Of a DNA stretch of 64,000 nucleotides, positions 28,050 through 37,813 are shown in pieces. Origin of the DNA: Deltaproteobacteria bacterium. Its GTDB lineage: Bacteria > Myxococcota > SpSt-1050. The stretch's first letter is position 1; the number at the start of each line of letters is the position of its first letter. The notes below the pieces were generated by a model, which saw only the letters and a list, made by a program, of their open reading frames with translations, was not told where the DNA came from and did not search any database. Position numbers and translations under genes: made by a program. The DNA is taken from NCBI GenBank assembly GCA_026416535.1, contig JAOAFA010000121.1, positions 12,153 through 76,152 on the forward strand, in the 5' to 3' direction.

Positions 28050-28844
28050 ATGTTCATATTTTATCTGCTTCTAGTCGTATCTTTGATTGATCTTAGGGGG
28101 ATTGAGGAGCTTATAAGTGAGGGCGCTAATCTAACTTTTGATAAGAAATTAGAAGTTATCACCTCTTCATTTTTAAATGTTCCGTTTAAGAAGTCATCAA
28201 TAGGAGAAGAAAATGAGATAGACCCTGACCCTATTATTAATTTGGATTATATGGATTGTGTGACGTTTGTTGAGTATGTGATTGCATTTGTAAATTCAAG
28301 AGATATAAAAGAATTTAAAAAACATGTGTTAAGTTTGAGGTACATTGGAGGTAAGATAGATTTTTATAATCGTCTGCACCTACCAGATTTTCAATGGTTC
28401 CCAAATGCAAGTAAGAACGGCTATATAAGCGATATAACCTTTCAGGTAGGAAAAGGTTATGTAAGAAGGTTTAAGAAGAGGCTGGATAAAGATTTTATCG
28501 TTGATGGATATAAAATAGATAGTTCTAAGTTAATTTCTAGAGATGTGGAAATAGATTATATCCCCAAAGAACATATATTTAATGTTTATAAGGATATTCC
28601 CAAATATTCTATTATAAGAATTTTAAGGAAGGACTCTTATAGACCGTTTGTTACGACCCATATAGGGATTGTTGTGGAAAAGGGGAATAAAAAGTATTTA
28701 AGACATTCCTCTAGGCATTTTGGGGCAAAAGTGACAGATACCCCACTTGGGGCATATTTTTCTACACTTGATAAATATGAAAATTGGGAAGCCCTTGGAG
28801 TTGCACTCTATAAAATTAATGATATAAATGGGGGGACAAAATAA
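28050..28844 (+). CDS. DUF1460-family protein (NlpC/P60-like, amidase-like papain fold)
   Basis: Conserved Cys/His context MDCVTFVEYV ... TTHIGIVVEKG. The start overlaps the upstream stop (TGAATG). Confidence 0.55.
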   Translation: MFIFYLLLVVSLIDLRGIEELISEGANLTFDKKLEVITSSFLNVPFKKSSIGEENEIDPDPIINLDYMDCVTFVEYVIAFVNSRDIKEFKKHVLSLRYIGGKIDFYNRLHLPDFQWFPNASKNGYISDITFQVGKGYVRRFKKRLDKDFIVDGYKIDSSKLISRDVEIDYIPKEHIFNVYKDIPKYSIIRILRKDSYRPFVTTHIGIVVEKGNKKYLRHSSRHFGAKVTDTPLGAYFSTLDKYENWEALGVALYKINDINGGTK

Positions 28845-28853
28845 TTTTGATTT

Positions 28854-29768
28854 ATGAGTGTGATTAACAAAAAAGTCTTTTGGGCAAGATTATCTGTTAT
28901 TTCAAATACTATATTGGCTGTTTTTAAGCTCATCGTGTTTAGTTATACTGGTGCAGTTTCCATATTGTCTGAGGCAATACATTCTGGAATAGATCTCCTT
29001 GCGGCTTTGATTGCCTATTTTTCTGTTAAAAAGTCGTCGGAGCCTCCTGATAGAGAGCATCCATTTGGGCATGGTAAATTTGAAAATCTGTCCGGTTTTG
29101 TAGAGTCACTATTGATTATAGCTGCTGCTTTTTACATTTTTTATGAGGCAATTCCAAGATTTTACAAGGAGCATAGGATAGATTCAATAGATATAGGTAT
29201 ATATGTAATGGCTCTATCTGCTCTAATTAATTTCTTTGTCTCTCGGAAGCTTTACAAGGTTGCCAGAGAGACGGATTCCATAGCTATTGAAACAGATGCG
29301 GCGCATCTCTCCGTAGATGTCTACACATCTTTGGGTGTTCTTATAGGATTATCTCTAATTTATATTACAGGATTGCAAGTTATTGATCCTATTATCTCTA
29401 TTATAATCGCTTTTTATATTTTATATCTGGGGTTCGTGTTGACAAAAAAATCTACTAAGGATTTGTTAGATACCAAATTATCGGATTCTGACAATCAGGA
29501 TATAGAGAATATTATTGCCCAACATATTGGGAAAATAGTCTCGTTTCACAAGTTGGCTACTCGGAAGTCTGGAAGTGAAAAGATGATAGAGGTTCATCTA
29601 CAATTTATGCCCAATATCTCGCTTAAGCAGGCTCATGAGATCGCTCATCACATAAAAGATGATATAAGAGATAAGATATCATCTGCCAGAGTTACAATTC
29701 ATATAGAACCATGTGAGGAGTTGTGTAAAGAGTGTAGTTCTAATGGCTGTACATCTAGAAAGGAGTAG
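28854..29768 (+). CDS. Cation diffusion facilitator (CDF) family metal efflux transporter
   Basis: TM domain with SEAIHSGIDLLAALIAYFSVKK and HGKFENL motifs, plus a C-terminal cytoplasmic domain. Confidence 0.85.
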   Translation: MSVINKKVFWARLSVISNTILAVFKLIVFSYTGAVSILSEAIHSGIDLLAALIAYFSVKKSSEPPDREHPFGHGKFENLSGFVESLLIIAAAFYIFYEAIPRFYKEHRIDSIDIGIYVMALSALINFFVSRKLYKVARETDSIAIETDAAHLSVDVYTSLGVLIGLSLIYITGLQVIDPIISIIIAFYILYLGFVLTKKSTKDLLDTKLSDSDNQDIENIIAQHIGKIVSFHKLATRKSGSEKMIEVHLQFMPNISLKQAHEIAHHIKDDIRDKISSARVTIHIEPCEELCKECSSNGCTSRKE

Positions 29769-29773
29769 TTATT

Positions 29774-29974
29774 TTACTTTATAATCATTTCTTCTCCGCA
29801 GCATATTACCGGATGGTACTCCTCACAACCACATACGTTGTCAACAACGAGGACCATGCCGCACTCACTACATTCAAGTGTTGAACCTGATTTGATTTTC
29901 TTTGTTTCTTTCTCATAGCAACCTTTCACCTTTTTTGTTTCCTTTTTACCTTTTTTTGGTGAATCCTTCTTCAT
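29774..29974 (-). CDS. Small desulforedoxin-like Cys4 metal-binding protein with Lys-rich N-terminal tail
   Basis: LECSECGMVLVVDNVCGCEEYHPVICCGEEMI resembles desulforedoxin (CxxCG...CCG). The N-terminus is K-rich (KKGKKETKKVKG). Confidence 0.5.
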   Translation of the reverse strand: MKKDSPKKGKKETKKVKGCYEKETKKIKSGSTLECSECGMVLVVDNVCGCEEYHPVICCGEEMIIK

Positions 29975-30070
29975 ACTAACCTCCTAAATACTAACCCTTA
30001 TATTTAGATTAAATATTATACCGTAGGATTCCGGGATTCTTGAAAAAGAAAGTCATGATCAGGTAATTTT

Positions 30071-33000
30071 TCAAAAACTGGTGGTTTGTAATTCTTTTAT
30101 TATCGATGTCATCTCCTGATCCTTTATGTTGTTAGTGTCAATATTAGCTAATAATTCTCTTACTTTTTCAAAATTACCTTTATTGTAGTGGTGTTTGATA
30201 ATCAACAATAGGGCATCTTCTTTCTCTTTATCGGTAATTGAATCTGATGAAAGTAGTGTTTGAGTATATAATTCTAGCTTTTCTGTCTCTCCTAAAACGA
30301 AGTATATTTTTTGAATATTTGTGAGAAACTCTTTGTCCCTTGTCTCTTCAAGGCACCTATCTATGTGGGCGAATAATAGTTCATTTTTACTTTTATAAAA
30401 GATCGAAGTGGTTAGTTCTACATATTTTCTTAGGATATGAGATATGTTATTACACTTTGTGGGTGAGTAATTCTCTTTTGATTGAGGATAGTTTTTGAGA
30501 AATGTATGATATGCCAATAATTCAGCATAGTTATTAATTATGTAAATATTTTCTTTGTCTAGGTTGTAATCTAGTATGTACCCGAAACAACTTCTTGCAA
30601 CTTGTTTCTGTCCTCTAGCCTCGCAAGATTTAATAAATTCCAATAATTCTTCAAAATTCATTTTATATATAACGTCTTTTATTAATTCTTTTGTATTTAA
30701 TTTACTATATTCGTGATTTACATTTGTCTCTGCTATAATAGAGATTATATTTGATGTCCTCCCTACAAAAAATGCCTTAGGGGCCTCGTATTCAATGATA
30801 GGGAACTTGTCTTCATTTACTATTAGATCTTCTTCGCCCTTCCCATAATACGTTTTAAACTTATGATGACCTATCATATTCATAGAGACGAATTCAGGAA
30901 TAGTATTTGGAATTCCTAATGAGTGTTTGTCTTCAATTGTCGAAAGAAAAACAGGATCTTTGAACTTTTTGGCTATTCTTTGTTGGTCTATTTTAATGGG
31001 TTTGTTGGAGCCAACAATAAGGAGATCAAGTTGAGCAGGTGCAAACACGTAGGCGTATTCAAATACTCTACCAAACGTATTAAGCATAATGTTTAGTATT
31101 TTATCATTTGTCTCATAGGCCTGAAACCACTGCACAAAAATGCCATTCTCCTTTAGGTGGGATTTAACCTCCTCAAAGTATTGAACAGTAAACAGGTTGG
31201 CCACTCCTGCCATCCATGGGTTTGAAGGCTCCGATATTATTATGTCGTATTTTTTCTGTGGATTCAGTTTTAAATATTCTCTACCGTCAGCATTAATGAC
31301 TCTGACTTTTTTATTGTTTAAGACATCGAGGTTTTCTTCTTTGAATAGTTTGGCTGCCTCAATAACCTCTTTTGATATCTCAAGAAGCTCTATATTCTTT
31401 ATTTCCTCGTGAGTAGCTAATACCCCACCTGTTACTCCACTCCCCATTCCTAATAAAAATACATCCTCGGGATTTGGATGCAATAGTACACCAATGTGCC
31501 CACACCATATTTGGGTCGGCATGTCAAAGCCCGTACTTGCATCTGGTTTTCCGTTTATTCTGAGCGATAATATTCCTTTAGGGGATTTTGTTACTGAAAC
31601 TACCGCATCTTTGCCTTCTTTGAAGAATATAAGGTCTTCATGATCTTTTACCTTCAAAAATTCTTCAAATGATTTTGCATAACGGTTTCTTAGTCTAAAA
31701 TTCCCTCGCTGGATATATTCTTTATCTATAAATTCGTAAGTAAATAATAGGCTGCCTACCAAAATTACTAACAGTAGAGATAAATATTTAAAAAGAGCCT
31801 TTACTCTTATTGTGAATAGTAGTATTATTGCGATAATAAAGTTTATAATAATTCCTGTCTTCATAGATGCTTCCATACCCATGGTAGGTAACATGATAAA
31901 GCCTGCCACAAGAGATCCTACTAAATTCCCCAACGTATTTATTGAGAAGGTGTCGCCTACTCCAATGCCGAGTTTCGTTATACTCTTTGTGTTTATATGG
32001 CTTACAAGAGGCAATGTCATCCCAATAAAGAACGTTGGTAAGAACATAATTGTAAAGCAGATTATTACTTTTGAGATTTCATAAAATATGAACATTGCCT
32101 CTGTCCTTGGAATACTTCCCCCGATAACATTGAAGTAATATGGGAGTCTCATATATAAAGGGAGGGCACAAATGATAGTTATTGCAATGAAAAGTTCGAT
32201 GATGGCGAACCAGAGCAGGTGATTTATCTTTCTATTCAATACCTTGTGGATGAAATATGAACCAACGGCAATTCCTGTTATGAAGGTGAATAACATAATT
32301 GCAAATGATTGAACAGCAGAACCTATTATGAGTGCAAGCATCCTTGTCCAGACGACTTCGTATACCATTGAGACGAATCCACTGATGCCGATTGCTACGA
32401 GTACTACCCTTACTTGAAACTCTGAATATGCCTCTTCATTGCCTACAGTTTTATTGTTGTCAGTATCTTCAATCTGTTGTGGTATAATAGAAAAATCTTC
32501 GCTGATACTTTTACTCATATAATATGTTACTACACCGATTAGGATGTTAACAAAAGAGAAGAGTTGAACAGAGAAATCTAGTCCAATGGTATGGATAACA
32601 AAATAACCACCAATTATTGTCCCAATGATAGCACCTACTGTATTTAAGAAATATAGCAATCCAACTTTTGCTCCTACCTCTCTAATCTGTCTTATTATGA
32701 ATTTACTCATCACAGGGAGTGTTCCACCCATCAGTGTGGTAGGAAGCAGAATTGTCATAACACTAAAGATGAGTTTTAAAATGATGTTCCCCCAGGTATT
32801 TGGAATCGAACCGCTAGCTAGTATAAAATATAGGTTAAAGATGGTGTCAAAATAGAGTGGGAACAGGGCGCAAGTAATCCCAATTCCGAATTCTAAATAA
32901 GAGTAGAGCCGAAGTGGATTTTTATATCTATCAACAAACTTTCCGAATATGTGGTTACCTAATGCAAGTCCGCCCATGAATGTTGAAAGTAAAATACCAG

Positions 33001-33112
33001 TAGAATAAGATGTGGCTCCTAAAAATAGATTAAAATATTTTGACCATACAACTTGGTATATCAGACCTGCCATCCCAGATAGAAAGAAGCAAGCATAGAG
33101 GATGTATTTCAT
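30071..33112 (-). CDS. Fusion protein: polytopic MFS-like membrane domain, spermidine/spermine synthase-like domain, TPR-like C-terminal region
   Basis: About 14 TM helices N-terminally. Spermidine synthase fold motifs VFLLGMGSGVTGG and KYDIIISEPSNPW. 1013 aa. Confidence 0.75.
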   Translation of the reverse strand: MKYILYACFFLSGMAGLIYQVVWSKYFNLFLGATSYSTGILLSTFMGGLALGNHIFGKFVDRYKNPLRLYSYLEFGIGITCALFPLYFDTIFNLYFILASGSIPNTWGNIILKLIFSVMTILLPTTLMGGTLPVMSKFIIRQIREVGAKVGLLYFLNTVGAIIGTIIGGYFVIHTIGLDFSVQLFSFVNILIGVVTYYMSKSISEDFSIIPQQIEDTDNNKTVGNEEAYSEFQVRVVLVAIGISGFVSMVYEVVWTRMLALIIGSAVQSFAIMLFTFITGIAVGSYFIHKVLNRKINHLLWFAIIELFIAITIICALPLYMRLPYYFNVIGGSIPRTEAMFIFYEISKVIICFTIMFLPTFFIGMTLPLVSHINTKSITKLGIGVGDTFSINTLGNLVGSLVAGFIMLPTMGMEASMKTGIIINFIIAIILLFTIRVKALFKYLSLLLVILVGSLLFTYEFIDKEYIQRGNFRLRNRYAKSFEEFLKVKDHEDLIFFKEGKDAVVSVTKSPKGILSLRINGKPDASTGFDMPTQIWCGHIGVLLHPNPEDVFLLGMGSGVTGGVLATHEEIKNIELLEISKEVIEAAKLFKEENLDVLNNKKVRVINADGREYLKLNPQKKYDIIISEPSNPWMAGVANLFTVQYFEEVKSHLKENGIFVQWFQAYETNDKILNIMLNTFGRVFEYAYVFAPAQLDLLIVGSNKPIKIDQQRIAKKFKDPVFLSTIEDKHSLGIPNTIPEFVSMNMIGHHKFKTYYGKGEEDLIVNEDKFPIIEYEAPKAFFVGRTSNIISIIAETNVNHEYSKLNTKELIKDVIYKMNFEELLEFIKSCEARGQKQVARSCFGYILDYNLDKENIYIINNYAELLAYHTFLKNYPQSKENYSPTKCNNISHILRKYVELTTSIFYKSKNELLFAHIDRCLEETRDKEFLTNIQKIYFVLGETEKLELYTQTLLSSDSITDKEKEDALLLIIKHHYNKGNFEKVRELLANIDTNNIKDQEMTSIIKELQTTSF

Positions 33113-33603
33113 ATTTCCTCCAAGATATTAGAAAGTATATATTGTAGTTTGTATTTTTTGTAAATTTAAATTTTTTGTATGTGTTACTGCAGAATAGAAA
33201 TGTTACATTTTATAGGAATGGGGAGAAAGATAAATGTTTCTATATGGGAAATATGAAGACATATCAGGAACTATTTTAATCGCTTCCCGCTTTTAAGATA
33301 AAATCCTAGGGTGTTCAATACTAAGGGGTGAAGATCTATTATCTAGTTAGAGAGGTGTCACAATGTTATCCATATCGTCTTAACTTGTTGAGAGGGGAGG
33401 ATATTTTTAGGAATACAATAGATCCTGCTTTAAAAATGATAAAGTGCCTGACGTTGAAGGTAGATGTGTTGGTTATACTGAATTTGTATAAGAAGTGGGT
33501 AGTGGTAACTTACCTAGGAAAAGGCTTTTGTCTTGTGCAACAGCGGGTGATAGAGGGGTATATTGAAATGGTAGTGTGAAAATCAAGTATTGATTTATAA
33601 CGT

Positions 33604-33621
33604 TGTGATGTTTCAATCACA
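33604..33621. promoter_or_regulatory. 6-6-6 inverted repeat TGTGAT-gtttca-ATCACA about 60 bp upstream of the sigma-54 activator gene
   Basis: Seen directly. CRP/FNR-like half-sites. Confidence 0.3.
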
Positions 33622-33683
33622 GCTCTTAAGTTTTCTCTTTACTTTATGGTGACAAATAAATATTATATGTCCGTTTTAAGAAT

Positions 33684-35132
33684 ATGAAAAGTGTTTTGAT
33701 AATAGATGATCAAGAGACTATACGAATAGGATTGAAGACCGCTATTGAAAGCGATGAGACAAGAAGATTTTTAGGCTTGACTTCCAATATTGAGGTTTAT
33801 ACTGCCTCAAATGGTGAAGAGGGTGTGGCAATTTTTAAACAGAAGTCACCTGATCTCGTTATTACCGATATAAAGATGGATAAGATGTCTGGGATAGAGG
33901 TGATAAGAGAGATAATGGAGGTGGATAAACAGGCCCTCGTAATAGCACTTACAGCATATGCTCAAATACCTGATGTAGTAGAGGCCATTAAGTTGGGTGC
34001 TTATGACTATATTGAAAAACCGTGGCGAGTTCCTGATATAAGAAAGAAGTTGAGGCAGATATGTGGTATTATAAGAGACAGAGAAGAAAAGTCTAGACTT
34101 TCTGAGAAGAATAGGATCCTTACGGAGGAGATAAAGAGCCACTTTTTATTTGAAGATTTCATTGGGAGTTCCAAGAAAATTAAGGAGATTGTATCGATAA
34201 TAGAGAGGGTGGCTAAAACAGACTCGAGTGTCCTTATAACAGGAGAGAGTGGCACAGGTAAGGAAATGGTTGCAAGGTACATACATGAACTTTCTTTTAG
34301 GCGAAATGGTCCATTTGTGAAGGTAAATTGTGGGGCCCTAACTGAGACACTATTGGAAAGTGAGATGTTTGGACATGAAAAGGGTGCTTTTACAGGTGCA
34401 ATAAGACAAAAATTAGGAAGATTTGAACTCGCGGATGGAGGGACTATATTCTTGGATGAGATTGGAGAGCTCTCTCTTTCCACTCAGGTCAAGCTTTTGA
34501 GAGTCTTGCAGGAGAAGGAGTTTGAAAGGGTTGGTGGAGAAAAAACAATAAAGGTCGATTTGAGAATAATTGCAGCGACCAATAGAGATTTGAAAAAAGA
34601 GGTAAAGGAGAAGAGGTTCAGAGAAGATTTGTATTATAGATTATATATAGTTCCGATTGAAATACCACCTCTTAGAGAGCGAAAAGAGGATATTCCGGAA
34701 TTGGCAAGGTACTTTATAAAAAAACATAGAGAGAAGACTCGCTCACATGTGGATGATATCTCTTCAGAAGCATTAGAGATCTTAAAGAAGTATCACTGGC
34801 CGGGGAATATACGTGAACTTGAGAACGTGATCGAGCAGACATTAGTCCTTTCAGCGGGAAGTATAATCAGACCTGAGGATTTGCCTTCCCATATTAGAAG
34901 TCCTTTATGTGACCAGAAGAATGATATAGGGACCGTAGTTGCACGTTTTACACACGGTATGAATCTTGACAACTTTATCTCTGATATAGAGAGACAAATA
35001 ATAAAAGAGACATTATATCTTACTAAAAATAATAAGGCTGAGGCAGCGAAACTGCTTGGTATAAGGTTATCTACTCTCCAATATAAGATTGCAAAATATA
35101 ACCTCACAGAGGATTTTCCTGATGAGGTATAA
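33684..35132 (+). CDS. Sigma-54-dependent response regulator (NtrC family: REC, AAA+ sigma-54 activator, Fis-type HTH)
   Basis: Receiver VLIIDDQETI...DLVITDIKMDKMSG. Walker A GESGTGKE. GAFTGA motif. C-terminal HTH. Confidence 0.92.
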   Translation: MKSVLIIDDQETIRIGLKTAIESDETRRFLGLTSNIEVYTASNGEEGVAIFKQKSPDLVITDIKMDKMSGIEVIREIMEVDKQALVIALTAYAQIPDVVEAIKLGAYDYIEKPWRVPDIRKKLRQICGIIRDREEKSRLSEKNRILTEEIKSHFLFEDFIGSSKKIKEIVSIIERVAKTDSSVLITGESGTGKEMVARYIHELSFRRNGPFVKVNCGALTETLLESEMFGHEKGAFTGAIRQKLGRFELADGGTIFLDEIGELSLSTQVKLLRVLQEKEFERVGGEKTIKVDLRIIAATNRDLKKEVKEKRFREDLYYRLYIVPIEIPPLRERKEDIPELARYFIKKHREKTRSHVDDISSEALEILKKYHWPGNIRELENVIEQTLVLSAGSIIRPEDLPSHIRSPLCDQKNDIGTVVARFTHGMNLDNFISDIERQIIKETLYLTKNNKAEAAKLLGIRLSTLQYKIAKYNLTEDFPDEV

Positions 35133-35150
35133 AACTAATTGGGCTGTCTT

Positions 35151-36083
35151 ATGAAGAGAGGAATAGGAGTAATAGTAAACCCGTTTTCAAGACAAAATAA
35201 AAGGAATCCAGAGAGAATAAACAAACTTGCCTATATTGTAGGCTCAAAAGGCACTCTTGCTGCGACTCGGAATCTTACAGAACTTGAACAAGTTGCTCAG
35301 GAATTTAAACGTCAAGGAATCGAGATTCTTGCATTGTCTGGTGGGGATGGGACCAATCACATTACGCTTACAAAGTTTATTGAGGTGTATGGAGATACTC
35401 CGCTCCCCAAGATTGCCTTGTTGAGAGGCGGAACAATGAACACAATAGCTGATTCTATTGGAGTAAAAGGGGACAGCAATCAAATACTTTTTAACATAGT
35501 TGAGAAGTATCACAACAATATCCCTTTTAAGACGGTTAAAAGGAATGTAATGAATATTGATGGTCGGTATGGCTTTTTGTTTGCAAACGGGGTGGCATTT
35601 AATTTTCTTAAGGAGTATTACTCCGGTAGCACCCCAACCCCTGTGAAGGCAGCAGCAATTCTTGCAAGGGCTGTTGCGTCCGCAATGCGAGGGGGAGATT
35701 TTGCAAAATGGTTGTTTAGAAAGTTTAATGCCAAAATAACCGTAGATGGATGTGAATGGCCTCATAGAGAATATTTTATGATCGTGGCTGCAACCATTGA
35801 TAATCTTGGTTTTAAGTTTAACCCATTTGTAAAGGTATTTGACAAGCCCAATTGTTTTAACATTGTTGGTGTCTTGTGCGAGGCTATTGGTGTTGCTGTT
35901 TCTCTTCCCGCCATAAGATTGGGTCTCCCCTTGAATAAGGAAAAGTATATAGATGCTGCAGCTGAAGAAGTGATATTTGAATCAGAGGAACCTATGAAAT
36001 ACACCATTGATGGAGATATTTATGAGTCTGGGGAAAAGATGATTATTAGGGTTGGGCCAAAATTGGAATTAATTGTAAACTGA
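35151..36083 (+). CDS. Diacylglycerol kinase catalytic-domain family lipid kinase (YegS/DgkA-type)
   Basis: LALSGGDGTNH (GGDGT motif) in an NAD-kinase-like fold. ATG at 35151. The ORF-track start at 35139 is TTG. Confidence 0.7.
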   Translation: MKRGIGVIVNPFSRQNKRNPERINKLAYIVGSKGTLAATRNLTELEQVAQEFKRQGIEILALSGGDGTNHITLTKFIEVYGDTPLPKIALLRGGTMNTIADSIGVKGDSNQILFNIVEKYHNNIPFKTVKRNVMNIDGRYGFLFANGVAFNFLKEYYSGSTPTPVKAAAILARAVASAMRGGDFAKWLFRKFNAKITVDGCEWPHREYFMIVAATIDNLGFKFNPFVKVFDKPNCFNIVGVLCEAIGVAVSLPAIRLGLPLNKEKYIDAAAEEVIFESEEPMKYTIDGDIYESGEKMIIRVGPKLELIVN

Positions 36084-36084
36084 T

Positions 36085-36441
36085 ATGAAAAAAATAAGGG
36101 TCGTAAATTATACAATACAGAAACCAATTTTTGAAAATGCTGTTTTGACAGAAAATTTCTTAGAGAGGGCCTTAGGACTGATGTTTAAAAGCTCACCTTT
36201 AGGCTTTGATGCCCTCGTAATTGATAAGTGTGATGCGGTCCATTCATTCTTTATGCGGTTTGATATAGACCTTATATTCCTGAATAGAGAGAAGATAGTT
36301 ATGAAGATTCAAAAGAGACTCACACCATTTAAGATATCTTCCTTTGTGACAGGAGCATATTACGTAATCGAAACGATTTCCCATGAGAATACGGAAGAAA
36401 ATTTTAGTTGTGGGGATGTAATAGATTTTCTCGAAAATTAA
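36085..36441 (+). CDS. DUF192 family protein
   Basis: ERALGLMFKS...DALVIDKCDAVHSFFMRF...DLIFLN matches the DUF192 pattern. Confidence 0.55.
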   Translation: MKKIRVVNYTIQKPIFENAVLTENFLERALGLMFKSSPLGFDALVIDKCDAVHSFFMRFDIDLIFLNREKIVMKIQKRLTPFKISSFVTGAYYVIETISHENTEENFSCGDVIDFLEN

Positions 36442-36444
36442 AAG

Positions 36445-37107
36445 ATGACCGTATCTACTCTGCTGAATAATATATATAGAGTTCTCAGAGAACACTTTGG
36501 TTATCTAAACTGGTGGCCCGCTGAGACCCCTTTTGAGGTTGTGATTGGTACAGTTCTCACACAAAACGTTGCTTGGAGTAATGTGGAAAAGTCAATCTTG
36601 CAATTGAAAGAGCAAGGATTGTTAGACCTAACCAGGTTGCTTACATCAAAGCCTGAGATTGTCAAAAGATGTATTATGCCTTCGGGATATTACAATGTAA
36701 AATATCACAGATTGATGGAGTTACTCACTTTTATTAAAAATGAGCTTAAAGGGGATATATTAAACTTAAAAAAGTTTGACTTACTAACTGCCCGTAATAA
36801 ATTACTCTCCATAAGGGGGGTGGGTAAGGAGACAGCAGATTCTATCCTTTTATATGCCCTAGATTTTCCTATATTTGTTGTAGATGCATACACTAAAAGA
36901 ACCTTTTATAGAGTAGGTATTCTAAAGAGGAGAGATATGGATTATGATAAGGTTCAGGAGATTTTCATGAAAAATTTAAAGAGGGACGTCAAGCTTTACA
37001 ATGATTATCATGCCCAAATAGTAGAACTTTCAAAAAATTATTGTAAAAAAGTCCCAATCTGCGAGTCTTGCCCCATTAAGAGGTTATGCAGGAGAATCAT
37101 AGATTGA
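36445..37107 (+). CDS. nth: Endonuclease III-like HhH-GPD DNA glycosylase with [4Fe-4S] cluster loop
   Basis: HhH motif LLSIRGVGKETADSILLYAL. C-terminal CKKVPICESCPIKRLC (C-x6-C-x2-C-x5-C). Confidence 0.8.
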   Translation: MTVSTLLNNIYRVLREHFGYLNWWPAETPFEVVIGTVLTQNVAWSNVEKSILQLKEQGLLDLTRLLTSKPEIVKRCIMPSGYYNVKYHRLMELLTFIKNELKGDILNLKKFDLLTARNKLLSIRGVGKETADSILLYALDFPIFVVDAYTKRTFYRVGILKRRDMDYDKVQEIFMKNLKRDVKLYNDYHAQIVELSKNYCKKVPICESCPIKRLCRRIID

Positions 37108-37730
37108 GAGATAAGAAGAGAAGGAAAGAGATAATTACATCCATTGTTGAGTTAATGAAGGATAAGGCCAATTTTCAAGATATAAAAAGAACAATAGAGA
37201 AAAGATATGAACTAACTGAGAATGAAGCTGAGGAGTATGTAAAGATCGCATTTGAGACAGTATCATATCTGGAAAGAGAGATACAACTTACGAGAGCTGA
37301 GAAGATAAGAATAGCAATGACAGGACTCATTGTTTCAGTCATTTTAGCATTGTTATATTCATATATAACAATAAAAACTAAGCTTGGTCTTTATTTTTTA
37401 TACATCGTGTTTGCCTATATAATCTCTGCTTCGCTATACCATATGTCAAACAAGAGGACAGGGATCTTTTTGGAGATACTCTCTGCCATGTTGGTTATTT
37501 TTATCTATGTAACTGGTGAATACATTATCTTTCTTACTATTCTGCTTCAAGGTTTCTATGGTAGAAATATATCCATAGATTTATTTACCGTAGTTGTAAA
37601 CTCTGTTATAACATTCATTACTGATTATATATGGACTAAATCAGTATATGAATTTATTGTTATTATTTGTGCAGTGCTTATAGCGTCTAGTTTCTTTTTC
37701 AAAATAAGGATAAGAAGAATCAAAAATTAA
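37086..37730 (+). CDS. Hypothetical membrane protein (charged N-terminal cytoplasmic segment plus about 5 TM helices)
   Basis: ORF with hydrophobic helices. Overlaps the nth 3' end by 22 nt. The exact start is uncertain. Confidence 0.45.
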   Translation: MQENHRLRDKKRRKEIITSIVELMKDKANFQDIKRTIEKRYELTENEAEEYVKIAFETVSYLEREIQLTRAEKIRIAMTGLIVSVILALLYSYITIKTKLGLYFLYIVFAYIISASLYHMSNKRTGIFLEILSAMLVIFIYVTGEYIIFLTILLQGFYGRNISIDLFTVVVNSVITFITDYIWTKSVYEFIVIICAVLIASSFFFKIRIRRIKN

Positions 37731-37813
37731 TACCTAAAAGTCGAAAGTTATTTACTTTAGCCAATTATAATGTTTTATTATTGCATTATGTAGTAGTACT
37801 CTGCGAGGTTTAT

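Noticed and set aside
33328-33579. 83-aa ORF upstream of the NtrC-family gene
   Set aside because: No RBS and no domain signature. The region is better explained as promoter or operator DNA containing the TGTGAT/ATCACA repeat.
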